DNA from: an uncultured delta proteobacterium
Lineage (GTDB): Bacteria; Desulfobacterota; Desulfuromonadia; Desulfuromonadales; JACZKF01
Length of the DNA stretch: 64,000 bases
Direction of reading: 5' to 3'
Assembly: GCA_963816395.1 (NCBI GenBank)
Contig: CAWFKQ010000014.1
Location: 32,001 to 96,000, forward strand
The number at the start of each line of letters is the position of its first letter. Position 1 is the stretch's first letter. This document shows positions 1 through 10,672 of the stretch, piece by piece. Position numbers and translations under genes: made by a program. Below the pieces are notes generated by a model. The model was not told where the DNA came from. It worked only from the letters and a program-made list of their open reading frames with translations, and did not search any database.

Positions 1-2722
1 GCTCGCCAGGGGCGGTTTCCCCCGTGAGCGGCTGGGAATTCTCCTGGTCCGCCCGACCGAGCCGGCCGCCGACGCGGCGCGGCGGGAGGCCGCCGGTCGC
101 CTGGCGGTGCCCCTGGTGGCTGATCTCGACGCGGTCTTTCTGGAGGCGGCCGACCAGCCCCTGCATGCGCTGCTGCTGGCGATCCGGCAGGGCCGGCGGC
201 TGAGCGGAGTGTCCGCCGATGATCTGGAGAGCCGGGCGCGCCGCCTGCGCCCGCCTGCCGAAGCGGGACTTCTGTTTGCCGATCAGCCCGGTGCAATGGC
301 CGCGGCGACCGCCATTGCCGAGGCCTGCCGGTTGACTCTTGGCAAGGAGGAGAGCTCCCCCGCCGGCGATTTCCCCGACAGCGATAATGCCCCGGAGCGG
401 CTGCGGCGGATCTGTGAGGAGGCTCTTAGCGAAAACTTTCCCGGGGGAAAAGGCTGGAGCGAGGGCCACGCGCGTCGCCTGGGGGAGGAATTGGCCGCTT
501 TCATGCGCCTGGGATTTTCCGGCCTCCTGCTGGTGGTTGCCGAGATCCTCGGCCATTGCCGTCACCAGGGGATCCCGGTGGTGGCTCGGGGTTCGGCGGT
601 GAGTTCCCTCACCCTGCACCTGCTCGGCGGCTCGCCGGTCGACCCTATCGAACAAGGACTGCTGTTCGAACGGTTTCTGCACCCGGGGAAATCCGCCTGG
701 CCCGATATCGACCTCGACCTGCCTTGGCACCGTCGCGACGAGGTCATCGACTGGGTCTACCGACGCTTCGGCCGGGAGCGGGTGGCGATGGTGGCGGCAC
801 ATCATACCTTCCGGCACCGCTCGGCCCTGCGCGAAGGGCTGAAGGCCTGGGGCGCCCGCCCGGCAATGATCGAAACGCTGGTCGGCGCCCTGCCGCCCGA
901 GGATCTGCCCGTCGCGGAAGTGGATTTTCTCGGGCTGGCAGAAGCGGCTGGGGAAGAGCTGGCGGACCGCCTCGAGGCAGAGGAAGCGACGACCGGCCTG
1001 GGCGTCATCCTGCCGCTCATCCGGCGTCTGGTCGGCCGGCCGCGGCACATCGCCGCCCATCCCGGGGGGATCGTGGTCGGCCAGCGCCCCCTGGAGGATT
1101 GCCTGCCGCTGGAACGGGCGCCGAAAGGCGTGGTGATCACCCAGTACGACCTGGTGGCGGTGGGGCGGCTCGGCCTGGTGAAGATCGACCTTCTCGGCAA
1201 CCGCTGCCTGAGCGAGCTGGAAGAAACCTTCGCGCTTGCCGGCCGCCCGCCGCCGCTACGGCTCGAAGCGATCACCGCTGGGGATCCACCGACGCTGGCC
1301 CTGATCGACCGGGCGGAGACGCTCGGCTGCTTCCAGTTGGAGAGCCCGGCCATGCGCTCCCTGCTCGCCCGCCTGCCGATCCGGCGGCAGAGCGACCTGG
1401 TCGCCGCCCTCGCCCTGATCCGCCCCGGGGCCGCCGCCGGGGCGGCGAAGACCGCCTTTATCCGCCGTGCCCGTGGCGAGGAGGCGGCAAAGATCCCCTT
1501 CCCCTGCCTGGCCGACCGCCTGACGGAAACCCACGGCCTGCTCCTCTATGAGGAGGATATCATGCTGCTGCTGAGCCGTACCGGCGGCATCAGCCTGGGC
1601 GAGGCGGATGAACTGCGGGCGGCCATCGTCGACAGCGGCGGCGATCCGGCGGCCCTGGCGGCGCTGGAAGCCGGGTTCCTGCGGACGGCAAGGCGCCGGG
1701 GCGCCGGCGGGACGGACGGCGCCCGACTCGCCTGGAACGCCGCCGCCCATTTCGCCGCTTATTCCTTCAATAAGGCGCATGCCGCCAGCTTCGGCCGCCT
1801 CGCCTACCTTTCGGCCTACAGCAAAGCGCACCATCCCCTCGAATTCGCCTGCGCCCTGCTCAACCACCACCAGGGCTTTTACCCGCTGCGCACCCTGGCG
1901 GCAGAATTCGTCCGCCGGGGACTCGAACTGCGCGCGCCGCAGGTCAATGCCTCCGCCTACCACTCGCAGATAGAAGAGCGTACCACCCAGGGTTCCGGCG
2001 CTCTCCGGGTGGGGCTGGACAGGATCAAGACGCTTTCCCTGCGCGCCGCCGGCGACCTGCTGGAGACGCGCGCGGCGCATGGTCCCTTCGTCAGCCTGCG
2101 GCAGCTGCTGGAGCGGGTGCGTCTCAGCCGGCGGGAGATAGCCGCCCTGCTGCTGGCCGGCGCCTGCGACGGCCTGCCGCCCCTTGCCGCCGCCGACTAC
2201 CCGTTTGCCCACGAAGCCGCCCTGGAGCTGCTCCGACAAGGGGGAAAAGCGGCGGACTTAGAACATCTGCGGGTTCCCCGGCCGGCGGCGGAAGAGGCGG
2301 AACGCACCCGGCTCTACCAGGCGCTGGTGCGGGTGAGAAATGAACTGCGCCTCCTGGAAATGCATCTTTTCGCCCATCCTCTGGCTCTCCTGCGGCCGGA
2401 GGCGGACCGGGCAGGCTGCCTGCAGATTGCGGCAGCGGCGGGGCGCCCAACGGGAAGCCGCCTGCGCCTTGCCGTCCTGATCGACGCCATGCGGCGGGTA
2501 GCCACCGGTCAGGGGCCTCTTCAGTTCCTGACCCTTGAGGATGAAACCGGCCTGCTGGAAGCGGTCCTGCTGCCGCCGACCTACCGGCGCCTCGGCGAGA
2601 GGGTGGTCACCCCCGGTCCGTTCCTCGTCGAAGGAAAGCTGCAGCGGCAACAGGGAGCCATGCACCTGGAAGTGACCGCCATCGCGCCCTTTCACGAGAG
2701 GCCTGAAAAGACAGTGAGGTAG
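1..2722 (+). CDS. dnaE2: DNA polymerase III alpha subunit, error-prone DnaE2-like (5' truncated by window edge)
   Basis: Motifs ARGSAVSS, LLFERFL, PDIDLD, KIDLLG, CFQLESP, YSFNKAHAASF and C-terminal OB fold FLTLEDETG. The frame is open back to the window start. Confidence 0.85.
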   Translation, partial: LARGGFPRERLGILLVRPTEPAADAARREAAGRLAVPLVADLDAVFLEAADQPLHALLLAIRQGRRLSGVSADDLESRARRLRPPAEAGLLFADQPGAMAAATAIAEACRLTLGKEESSPAGDFPDSDNAPERLRRICEEALSENFPGGKGWSEGHARRLGEELAAFMRLGFSGLLLVVAEILGHCRHQGIPVVARGSAVSSLTLHLLGGSPVDPIEQGLLFERFLHPGKSAWPDIDLDLPWHRRDEVIDWVYRRFGRERVAMVAAHHTFRHRSALREGLKAWGARPAMIETLVGALPPEDLPVAEVDFLGLAEAAGEELADRLEAEEATTGLGVILPLIRRLVGRPRHIAAHPGGIVVGQRPLEDCLPLERAPKGVVITQYDLVAVGRLGLVKIDLLGNRCLSELEETFALAGRPPPLRLEAITAGDPPTLALIDRAETLGCFQLESPAMRSLLARLPIRRQSDLVAALALIRPGAAAGAAKTAFIRRARGEEAAKIPFPCLADRLTETHGLLLYEEDIMLLLSRTGGISLGEADELRAAIVDSGGDPAALAALEAGFLRTARRRGAGGTDGARLAWNAAAHFAAYSFNKAHAASFGRLAYLSAYSKAHHPLEFACALLNHHQGFYPLRTLAAEFVRRGLELRAPQVNASAYHSQIEERTTQGSGALRVGLDRIKTLSLRAAGDLLETRAAHGPFVSLRQLLERVRLSRREIAALLLAGACDGLPPLAAADYPFAHEAALELLRQGGKAADLEHLRVPRPAAEEAERTRLYQALVRVRNELRLLEMHLFAHPLALLRPEADRAGCLQIAAAAGRPTGSRLRLAVLIDAMRRVATGQGPLQFLTLEDETGLLEAVLLPPTYRRLGERVVTPGPFLVEGKLQRQQGAMHLEVTAIAPFHERPEKTVR

Positions 2723-2770
2723 TGAGGGATTTTACTATCTCACTACCTCACTACTGACTATCTCACTGTC
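2711..2770. repeat. Short inverted/tandem 8-bp repeats (TAGTGAGG / CCTCACTA) at the junction of convergent genes, hairpin-forming
   Basis: ACAGTGAGGTAGTGAGG followed by CTCACTACCTCACTAC...TCTCACTGTC. Confidence 0.5.
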
Positions 2771-3401
2771 TTTCCAGCATTTCCCCCACCGCCCGCAGGT
2801 CCTCGACGAAGCCGTCCATGGCGACATGCCGCTGCTCGTCGGTCTGCATGCGCAGGATCGCCGAGGGGTGGATCGTCACCGTAGCGCAGGGCGCCCGGTC
2901 GGTCGGCAGGAGGCGGCCATGGTCCCGGGTCACCCGCACCTGCCTGCCGAGCAGGGCCTGGGCGGCGGTGGCGCCCATGGCCACCAGGACGCGGGGACGG
3001 ATCAGCTCGATTTCCGCGTCGAGCCACGGCAGGCAGGCGCCGATCTCCCGGGCGTTCGGCTTCTGGTGCAGCCGCCGCGCTCCCCTGGCGATCCATTTGA
3101 AGTGCTTGACCACGTTGGTGACGTAGGCCTCCGCCCGTTCGATGCCGGCCAACTCCAGGGCCCGGTCGAGCACCCGCCCGGCCGGCCCGACGAAGGGCAG
3201 CCCCTGGCGGTCCTCGACGTCCCCCGGCTGCTCGCCGACCAGGATCAGGCGGGAGGTGGGCAGCCCCTCGCCGAAGACGGTCTGGGTGCCCCGCGTCCAA
3301 AGGGGACAGGCCCGGCAGCCGGCGGCAGCCGCCTTCAGCTCCGGAAGCGTGCAGGGGTGAGGGATCAGAGGGGCCGCCGTCCCTGATTCTTGCCCTTTCA
3401 T
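2763..3401 (-). CDS. udgX: UdgX-family uracil-DNA glycosylase (family 4, Fe-S)
   Basis: CRACPLW, GEQPG, TNVVKHFKW, R-loop-like insert ARGARRLHQKP, TIHPSAILR. Confidence 0.85.
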   Translation of the reverse strand: MKGQESGTAAPLIPHPCTLPELKAAAAGCRACPLWTRGTQTVFGEGLPTSRLILVGEQPGDVEDRQGLPFVGPAGRVLDRALELAGIERAEAYVTNVVKHFKWIARGARRLHQKPNAREIGACLPWLDAEIELIRPRVLVAMGATAAQALLGRQVRVTRDHGRLLPTDRAPCATVTIHPSAILRMQTDEQRHVAMDGFVEDLRAVGEMLERQ

Positions 3402-3465
3402 TCATCGCTCCGGGTGGTAGGTTTACCCATCGCTCCCTCCCTGCCAATCCGCAGATTTGAGCGTC

Positions 3466-3987
3466 CTACCGCGCGGCGCGCTCCACGGCCCGGTGCACCA
3501 ACTCCGCCGCCGCCGTCCAGGCGATGTGATTGCCCATCTCCTTGGCGCTCGGCTGCCAGGGGATGCGCCGCAGGCTGGGTGAGACGCCAAGGAGCGGCGC
3601 CAGCGTGCCGTCACAGGCGAAAAAGAAGGGGATGGCAAAGGGCAGGCCGGCCAGGCGCGAGAGCCGGGGAAATTTCTTCCGCAAACCGGCGTAGATGAGA
3701 CCCCAGCCGAGGCCATAGACCACGCCGAAAGCCGCCCGAGCCCGCTTCTTCCCTTTCTCGCTGAGTCGTTCTGCCGGAGATCTTGCGGGCGAAATAGGGC
3801 CCGGCCATCTCGTGCGCCGAGTGCCTCGCGCACCCGGTCGGTCGCGCCGCTTCTGCCTGGGACTGACGAACCGGTCGAGAACCTTATCCGTCTGCCCGGT
3901 TACGGCACCGGCAATCAGACCGGCCGCCGCGCCGGTCAGATATGGATGCGCTTTGAGGGCTGCTGTCGAGGATTCTGTGAGCCTCAT
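3466..3987 (-). CDS. Small membrane protein, DUF1440-like (probably contains compensating frameshifts)
   Basis: GAAAGLIAG N-terminus, VVYGLGWGLIY and HIAW segments. The alternative-frame segment MAGPYFARKISG suggests local indels. Confidence 0.55.
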   Translation of the reverse strand: MRLTESSTAALKAHPYLTGAAAGLIAGAVTGQTDKVLDRFVSPRQKRRDRPGARGTRRTRWPGPISPARSPAERLSEKGKKRARAAFGVVYGLGWGLIYAGLRKKFPRLSRLAGLPFAIPFFFACDGTLAPLLGVSPSLRRIPWQPSAKEMGNHIAWTAAAELVHRAVERAAR

Positions 3988-4280
3988 GATTCATCTCCCT
4001 GGAATGGTTGCCTGGTGAGGGAATCCGGTCAATCCTGCATCCACTGTAAATAAGCACCATCCATTGTCAAGATGGCTCTCCAGGAACTGCGGCAGCCACG
4101 CCCCCGAGCCGAATCGCACTCCCGCCACCAGCCACCTCGCCGGCAGAAAGGACTGGAATAGATTGCGGCGCCGCCCCGGGATATCGCTCACACTTCAGCA
4201 AAGCGAACAGTCCGGCCGATTTTCGGTTGTTTTTGGGTGAATTGTGTTGCGGATTCGGGGCCGTTTTCGCGGCCGGGAGG

Positions 4281-4932
4281 TCAGGTCAGGCGGCCGTCTA
4301 GCATCTGCAGCTGCTGACTGCCCAGGCGGGTCGCCTGGCCGGGGTCATGGGTGGCGATCACCACCAGGGTCCCCTGCTGCGGCAAAGAGGCGATCAACTG
4401 CTCGAAAGCGGCGATGTGGGGGCGGTCGATATTCGCCGTCGGCTCATCGAGCAGCAGCACCTGCGGCTCGATCGCCAGGGCCCGGGCCACCGCCACCCGC
4501 TGCGCCTCGCCGCCGGAGAGTTCCCGCGCCAGGCGGTGTTCGAATCCGGTCAAGCCCACCGCCGCCAAGGCTTTCTCCACCCGGCGGTGCTGCTCGCGGC
4601 CGCGGATCCCCCGGACCTTCAGGCCGAAGGCGACGTTCTGGTAGACGGAGCCGTCGAACAGGAAAGGGGACTGGTGCACCAGGGTAACGGAAGCCCGCTG
4701 CCGGGCCAGTGATCGACCATTCCAGATAACCGGCGCGCCGGTGAAGACGATCTTCCCCCGGGTCGGCGGAGTGAGCAGGGCCAGGATATGCAGCAGGGTG
4801 CTCTTGCCCGCGCCGTTCGGCCCGGACAGGGTATAGATGCCCCCGGGATGCAGTTCAAGGTGTGCCACCTGCAGGACCGGCTTGCCGTTGTAGCGCTTTT
4901 CTATATCCTCGCAGGAGGTACAGGGGGGGCAT
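4281..4932 (-). CDS. tupC: Tungstate ABC transporter ATP-binding subunit (5' frameshift)
   Basis: Walker A GPNGAGKST, LSGGEAQR, LLLDEPT. The ATG at 4932 needs one indel to join the ORF. Confidence 0.85.
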
Positions 4933-4934
4933 GC

Positions 4935-5621
4935 TCACCTTTGCTGCAGCAGATTGAGAAAGAGATTGATGACGAGGGCCACCGTCAGCAGGAGAATGCC
5001 AAGGGCCAAGCCGAAGGCGAATTCCCCCTTGCTCGTTTCCAGGGCGATCGCCGTGGTCATGGTCCGCGTGTAGCCGCGGATGTTGCCGCCGAGCATCATC
5101 GCCGCCCCGACTTCGGCGATGATCCGGCCGAAACCGGCGATCATCGCCGCCATCACCCCGAAGCGCACCTCCCGCAGCAGCTGTATTCCCCCCTGGAGAC
5201 GGCCCGCCCCCAAGGTCATGGCCGTGGGGAGAATCCGGGCGTCAGCGCCGGTTACCGCGGCGAGAGTATAGTTGGCAATGATGGGGGTGCACAGGACGAT
5301 CTGGCCGACAATCATGGCGGCGGGAGTGAAGATGAGTTCGAATTGCCCCAAGGGCCCCTCCCGGGTGAGAAAGCCATAAATGACCAGCCCCACCACCACC
5401 GTCGGCAGCGCCATCAGGGTATTGAGCAGCGTGATGCAGAGGCGCCGCCCCGGAAAACGTCCTACCGCGATGAGTAAACCGATTGGTACCCCCAAAGCGG
5501 CGCCCAGGACGATTGCCTGTCCGGAGACCGACAACGAGGTCCAGACGGCCTGAAAAACCTCCCTGTCGCGATGCAGGATCAGCAACAGGGAGGTATGCAG
5601 CGATTCGAACAGAAATCCCAC
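4935..5621 (-). CDS. tupB: Tungstate ABC transporter permease
   Basis: TLMALPTVVVGL, FGRIIAEVGAAMMLGGNIRGYTRTMTTAIALET. Confidence 0.9.
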   Translation of the reverse strand: MGFLFESLHTSLLLILHRDREVFQAVWTSLSVSGQAIVLGAALGVPIGLLIAVGRFPGRRLCITLLNTLMALPTVVVGLVIYGFLTREGPLGQFELIFTPAAMIVGQIVLCTPIIANYTLAAVTGADARILPTAMTLGAGRLQGGIQLLREVRFGVMAAMIAGFGRIIAEVGAAMMLGGNIRGYTRTMTTAIALETSKGEFAFGLALGILLLTVALVINLFLNLLQQR

Positions 5622-5631
5622 GGTGAATTTC

Positions 5632-5660
5632 CATAGGGGCGGGTTTCAGACCCGCCCCTG
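5632..5660. repeat. REP-like palindrome
   Basis: TAGGGGCGGG-TTTCAGA-CCCGCCCCTG, similar to the element at 61323. Confidence 0.55.
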
Positions 5661-5664
5661 GATG

Positions 5665-6476
5665 CTATTTGCCATAGATGAAGAAAAGCTGCTGGCCGTT
5701 CTTCTTGTAATCAGCGATGACCTTCTGTCCCTCCGCCGGATTGGTGAGATAACTGATGAAGGCCATGGCCAGATCATACTTCACCTGCGGATAGCGCACC
5801 GGATTGACGGCAATCACCCCGTAAGGGTTGAACAGCCGCTCGTCCCCCTGCACCAGAACCTTCAGGTTGGTCTTTCCCTGGTAGGCGATATAGGTGCCGC
5901 GGTCCGCGAGGGTGTAGCCCTGCATCTCGGTGGCCATGTTGATCACCGCCCCCATCCCCTGGCCGGCGGAAATATACCAGGTCCCTTCGGGGCTTATCCC
6001 CGCCGCCTGCCACAGGGCTTTCTCCTTCTGGTGCGTCCCCGACTCGTCGCCGCGCGAGACGAAGCGGATCCTTGGCGGCAGCGATCTTCTTCAGGGCGTC
6101 GGCGGCATCGGGGATCGCCGGCGATCTGGGCCGGGTCGCTGGCCGGGCCGAGAATGACGAAGTCGTTGTACATGACGTCGCGGCGGTTGACGCCCCACCC
6201 CTCGGCGACGAACTTGTCCTCCAGCTTGCGGGCGTGCACCAGGACGACGTCGACATTCCCCTGTTCGGCGATCTTGATCGCCTTGCCGGTGCCCACGGCG
6301 ATGACATCGACCTGGCAGTCATGGGCCTTTTCGAAGGGGGGAAGCAGCACTTTCAGCAGCCCCGAGTTGTCGGTGGAGGTGGTGGTGGCGAGCTTGAGCC
6401 GCTCGGCGGCCCAGGCGCCCTGGCATAGCATGATGGAAACGAGGAAAAGGGTCAATAGGATGTGCAGTTTTTTCAT
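5665..6476 (-). CDS. tupA: Tungstate-binding periplasmic protein (frameshifted over several ORFs)
   Basis: Signal peptide, ATTTSTDNSGLL signature, VGTGKA, MYNDFVILGP, YTLADRGTY, LFNPYGVIAVNP. Confidence 0.9.
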
Positions 6477-6581
6477 CAATACCTCCTCATGCTCGAGTTT
6501 TACCAGCTTTTTAGTTTATCCCGTTGCCGGGACCAGCTGCGGCAGGGACGCTGTTCCTGCTGCAGCCTCTCACCCTTTCGG

Positions 6582-6617
6582 AAAAAACCCCCTGGGACCA
6601 CGAGGGTACCCAGGGGG
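6582..6617 (-). terminator. Rho-independent terminator/hairpin between porin and tupA
   Basis: CCCCCTGGG stem followed by a T-run on the minus strand. Confidence 0.55.
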
Positions 6618-6630
6618 CAGGAGGCCGTAA

Positions 6631-8002
6631 TTAAAAGGTGTAGCGGACCCGGGCGGTGCTGCGGTAGATGTTGCCCGCATCGTTATTCTCTGCGAAGTAG
6701 TCCATCCCCTTGTCGGAGAAGAGATAGCCGAAGTTAACGGCCACTTCGAGATTGGGATAAAGCTTGTGACTGATGTAGGCGTCGAGCTCGGTGCCGAGCT
6801 TATCTTCGCCGTTGGGCAGATCTTCGGCGGTCATCATGTAGAGAACGGCGCCGCCCAGTTTGGTTTTTTCCGTCGCCTTGTAGTCCAGGGCAACCTTGTT
6901 GAAGATCATCCCCTTGTCGAGGATGTAGTAAGACTCGGTGAAGTAGTTGTCGTTAGTGTAGCCGCCTTCCATGAGGACGATGCTGGCGGTCTCGTCGACG
7001 TCAGTGGCCATGAAGTTGTGGATGTCGCCGTCCGTGGGATCGTCGTCGCCCGAGGCGTACCAGCCGGTGTAGGTGAAGCGGGCCTTGCCGAGGTCAAGAC
7101 CGAGATCGGCGTGGAGGAAGTAGGCGCTGACGTCCTGGTCCTGCACGGCGAAGCCGTAGAGGTTGTTGCCCCCATCGTCAACCTTGCCGCCCTGATACAT
7201 CAGATCCCAGTTCAAAAAAGCATTGCCGAATCCGGTCGTGAGCGGTGAAGGAGCCGTCGGTGCCGAGGGTGTAGATATTGTACTTGTCGGCACCGAACCG
7301 CTTGATCTCGTAGCTGGTGCCGGGATCGCCGTTGCCGAAGGCGTCGTTGCGCTGGTAGAGAACAAAGGCGCCGGCCTTGACCCCGGCCATCGGCTTGAGG
7401 TCGCCGCGCAGCAGGAAGGCATCCTGGTCCTGGAAGGCGTCGTCATTGGTGTCGTTGGCGAAGAATTCCTTGCCGCGCACCCAGGCCGCCTTGTAGCCAA
7501 CGCCACCGGCTTGGCCGGCAAGCTGAACGCCCATGGCGGTTTCGACCCAGAGATAGTGATTGACCGAGAAGGGGAGCAGGCCGATCTGCACCCGGGCTTT
7601 CTGCTGCACGAAGGGAAGCTGGAAGTCGGTGTAGGCCCAGCGGGTCTCGATATTCACCCCGTCACCCGAGTAGGTGCCGCCAGGTTTGTCGGTCTGTCCG
7701 AAGCGCAGGCCGCCGAGTTCGATGGCATACACGCCCTTGACCTTGCCGTCATTCGTCGAGAGCTCGGTCCAGAGGCGGTACTTGACCTGGCCCCAGAATT
7801 CGCCGATGGAATCGTCCGCTATGGCAAATCCATTTTTCAACGGCTTGGCGACCGCCTCGGTCCCTTTGTACAGCGGAGCCTGGTTGGTGTAGAGATTGAA
7901 TTGATTGCTCAGATCACCGTGAATGCCAACCTCCAGGGCGAAGACCGGACCCGCTGCCCCCATGACCAACAGCGTCCCTAGAATATAAATCCACTTCTTC
8001 AT
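6631..8002 (-). CDS. Outer-membrane beta-barrel porin upstream of tupABC (one frameshift near 7230)
   Basis: Signal peptide MKKWIYILG..., alternating aromatic beta strands, C-terminal ARVRYTF. Joined from ORFs 7178-8056 and 6631-7521. Confidence 0.8.
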
Positions 8003-8516
8003 CGCTTTTACCTCCTTTTCGATTAAATTTAAATTGCTGCATGGGCGACAACCCACACTTATTCATTGTTGTTTCTGCACAAAAGGGCCAGTAATTCACC
8101 CCTCCAAGCCTCGGCAAGTAATTTTCACCTCCCTTCCCAAATCCTGCCCTTCTTCTGAATAAAATTTCCTTAAACCGGCAACTGATGCCTCCATATTCGC
8201 TCCAGAGACATGTTGAAGCCGGCAAAGAGCTCGAAACAGGCCTTCCGGAAGTCCGGTTCGGGGCGATTCCGGCAATCTCCCGCACCTGCGGCCGCAGGCT
8301 CGTGAAAGGGCTCGCGGAGCAGTTAACTTCCCAAAACAAACCAATAGTGACAGATTATTACAATTAACGAGCGAAAGTCCAGAAAAACTTAACCCTTCTG
8401 GCCAGGAAATCACCGGGGGTTTGGCACCGGGGTCACCTGGCTAGTGCAAGCCTGCATTTTTAAAGAATGGAGATGACGACTTTTTGGAAATTCGGGACTG
8501 GGATTGATGGCGGGGA

Positions 8517-9429
8517 TCAGCGGCCTTGGGGGTAGACCATCTTGCCGCTCAGGCTCAGGTCATACCCGGCGAGTTCTTCGGCGAGAGAGCGGAAGCCCTC
8601 GCCATGCAGCAGATCGAGGAACAGCTGGACGCCCTTGGCGAAGAAGCCGTTCTTGGGGATGAGCAGATCGAAGCGTTCCCATTTGAGGGGAAGAAAATCG
8701 AGGTCGAGGAGGGTGGCAACCGCGCGGATGCCGGGACCGGTGTCCGCCCGCCCGGAGAGCACCTCCAGACCGATCTCCAGGTGACTCTGGAACTCGCGGT
8801 CATATCCCTGGACATGGCGGCAGTCCACCCCTGCCTTTTTCAGTTCCCGGTCAAAGAGCAAACGGGTGCTCGCCTCCAGGGGGCGGTTGGCAACTCGCAG
8901 GTTGCTTGCCCCCGATATCGGCAACCCTCCGGATGCCCTGGGGATTTCCCTTCGGGAGCAGCAACCCCTGTTCGCGGCGGCAGAAATTGACCAGGGCCGG
9001 CAACTCCTCCAGTTCGCTGGCGGCAAAAGTGAAATTGTACTCCTCTTCATTTTCCTCGGCCAGGTGGCTGGTGGCGATGTGACAGAGCCCCTGGCGCAGA
9101 GCCTTCAGCCCTCCCAGGCTGCCCAGATTGCCGAACAGGGCAACGTGGGCCGGGTTCTGCTGCCGGAAAAGGGAGAGCCCCCGTTCCAGCAGCAGGTCAT
9201 TACTTCCGGCGATCAGCAGCAGATTGGGGATCTGCACGGCCGATTCCCTCGGTTGGGGGTAATTGATGGTCTTCGTCTCCACCCACTGCTCGACCAGATG
9301 CCTGGGGAAAAGCCACTTCCCGGTGATCCGGGTTGCCGGCAGACCCTTTTCGTTGATCAGGGTGTAAACCATCTTCTCGTTCACCCCGAGAAATTCGGCA
9401 ACCTCTTTGGTGGAGAGCAGGTTTTCCAT
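8517..9429 (-). CDS. Excisionase-type HTH + periplasmic-binding-domain transcriptional regulator, TaoR-like (frameshifted)
   Basis: N-terminal LLSTKEVAEFLGVNEKMVY...GKWLFP, then IAGSNDLLL, GSLGGL, ANRP, ERFDLLIP. Sits between tup and aor genes. Confidence 0.8.
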
Positions 9430-9567
9430 GGCATCCATCCGTCGGGCAGGAGAAACGGGTTCTTTACGGAGCGGCATCAGGACAGAACTATAAAGGAGAC
9501 GCCCTGGAAAATCCAGGTCTTGCTTGGATCCGGCACTGGGCCTGACCCGCCACGGAGGCTAAGGCGT

Positions 9568-9763
9568 TCATCGGGCCAGACAGATGATGGCTTCGGCCAG
9601 CCACCGGCGGTAGCGGCAGTTATAGCAGGAGAAGGCCTCGTCCGCGATCTGCTCTTCTTCAACGTCGGGGACGAAAGCGCGGCAGGTCTCGGCTTTCCGG
9701 GCTGCCGCCGCCCAGTCCTCCCGGCCCAGTTGAAGGTATCGTCATTTCCCGATCGCTTGCCAT
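9568..9763 (-). CDS. Small Cys-rich protein (SCYNCRYRRW motif), start uncertain, not in ORF track
   Basis: Manual translation RYLQLGREDWAAAARKAETCRAFVPDVEEEQIADEAFSCYNCRYRRWLAEAIICLAR*. RBS-like GGGGAG before ATG 9763, which needs one indel. Confidence 0.6.
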
Positions 9764-9780
9764 ACGATAATGCTCCCCTT

Positions 9781-10526
9781 TCAATAATTCCGCAGCATCC
9801 GCCTGGGGCAGGTTCGCCAGCGGACACCGTTCTGCTGCTCCGCGGTGGGCTCCAGCAACAACACCGATCTGCCATCGAGCAGCACGGTCTTCACCTTTTC
9901 ATCCAGTTGGACCAGATCGCAGTCGTTCGGCGTTTCGCCGGTCAGGCTGCGGACCTCCTCCACCAGCGGATGGGCCGCACAGGTCATGGACGTGGACCAC
10001 GGCGCCGGCCGAACCCACCTGCAGCTTCCCCTTCAGCCGGCCGTCGTTCCCTCCCAGGCGCAGCCCCGCCCCCGCCAGCGCGCCGACCACCCCCTGGCCG
10101 CTGCCGCCGTGCTCCGAAAGATGCACCCCCAGCTCATCCCCGAGGAGATAGGCCGCTTCCTTGCTGAGAACCTGCTGCTTGGCGGCCTGACCGAAGGCGA
10201 TCAGCCGCTCCGCTTCGGTCAGCAGCGCCGGCGCGGCCACGCACAGCCCGGGATCGGAGCCGGGGGCGCTTTCCCGTCTCCAGGAAACGGGCGGCATGCT
10301 CGATGAAGCGCTCCGGCGGACAATTCTCCAGACAGGCGGCGAAGCACATGGCGCTGTTGTGGGAGGTGTAGGGAATATCGGGATGCACCAGCAGCTGGTG
10401 GCGGGTAACAAAGCTGCTGCGCCCCCACCCGTTCTGCTCGATCTGTGCCGCCAGCAGCGAGGCCAGCTCGCCCGTGCCGCGGCTCTCCAGATTGTCGGTA
10501 TCGTCGATGCTGACGAGAATGTTCAT
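9781..10526 (-). CDS. Uncharacterised protein with TiaS-like N-terminal motif (frameshifted)
   Basis: ILVSIDDTDNLESRGTG, RHQLLVHPDIPYTSHNSAMCF, SDPGLCV, EHGGSGQGVVGALAGAGL. Confidence 0.7.
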
Positions 10527-10656
10527 GATGCAGGCTTCCTTTTCGGGATAATGATCGCGTAGCATTCCCACCAGCAGACCACGGCGGGCCACACAGCCTT
10601 CCCTCTTGCATCCAAAAATTACTTAAATTGACCTTTAATTACAACTAAAATGGTGA

Positions 10657-10672
10657 AGCAATTGAGATGCCA
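10657..10672 (-). promoter_or_regulatory. sigma54 -24/-12 promoter
   Basis: TGGCATCTCAATTGCT on the minus strand (GG-N10-GC). Confidence 0.7.

Noticed and set aside
8160..8325. Third Moco riboswitch upstream of the porin-tup operon
   Set aside because: GC-rich, but lacks the GGAAAC-GCCTCCC-GGAAAGGAG elements seen in the two accepted copies.
8517..9429. Prophage/ICE excisionase
   Set aside because: The HTH is fused to a periplasmic-binding-type domain, and no integrase, att site or phage genes are present.
9742..9744. In-frame TGA as selenocysteine in the small Cys-rich ORF
   Set aside because: No start codon upstream in that frame and no recognisable SECIS; an indel is the simpler explanation.
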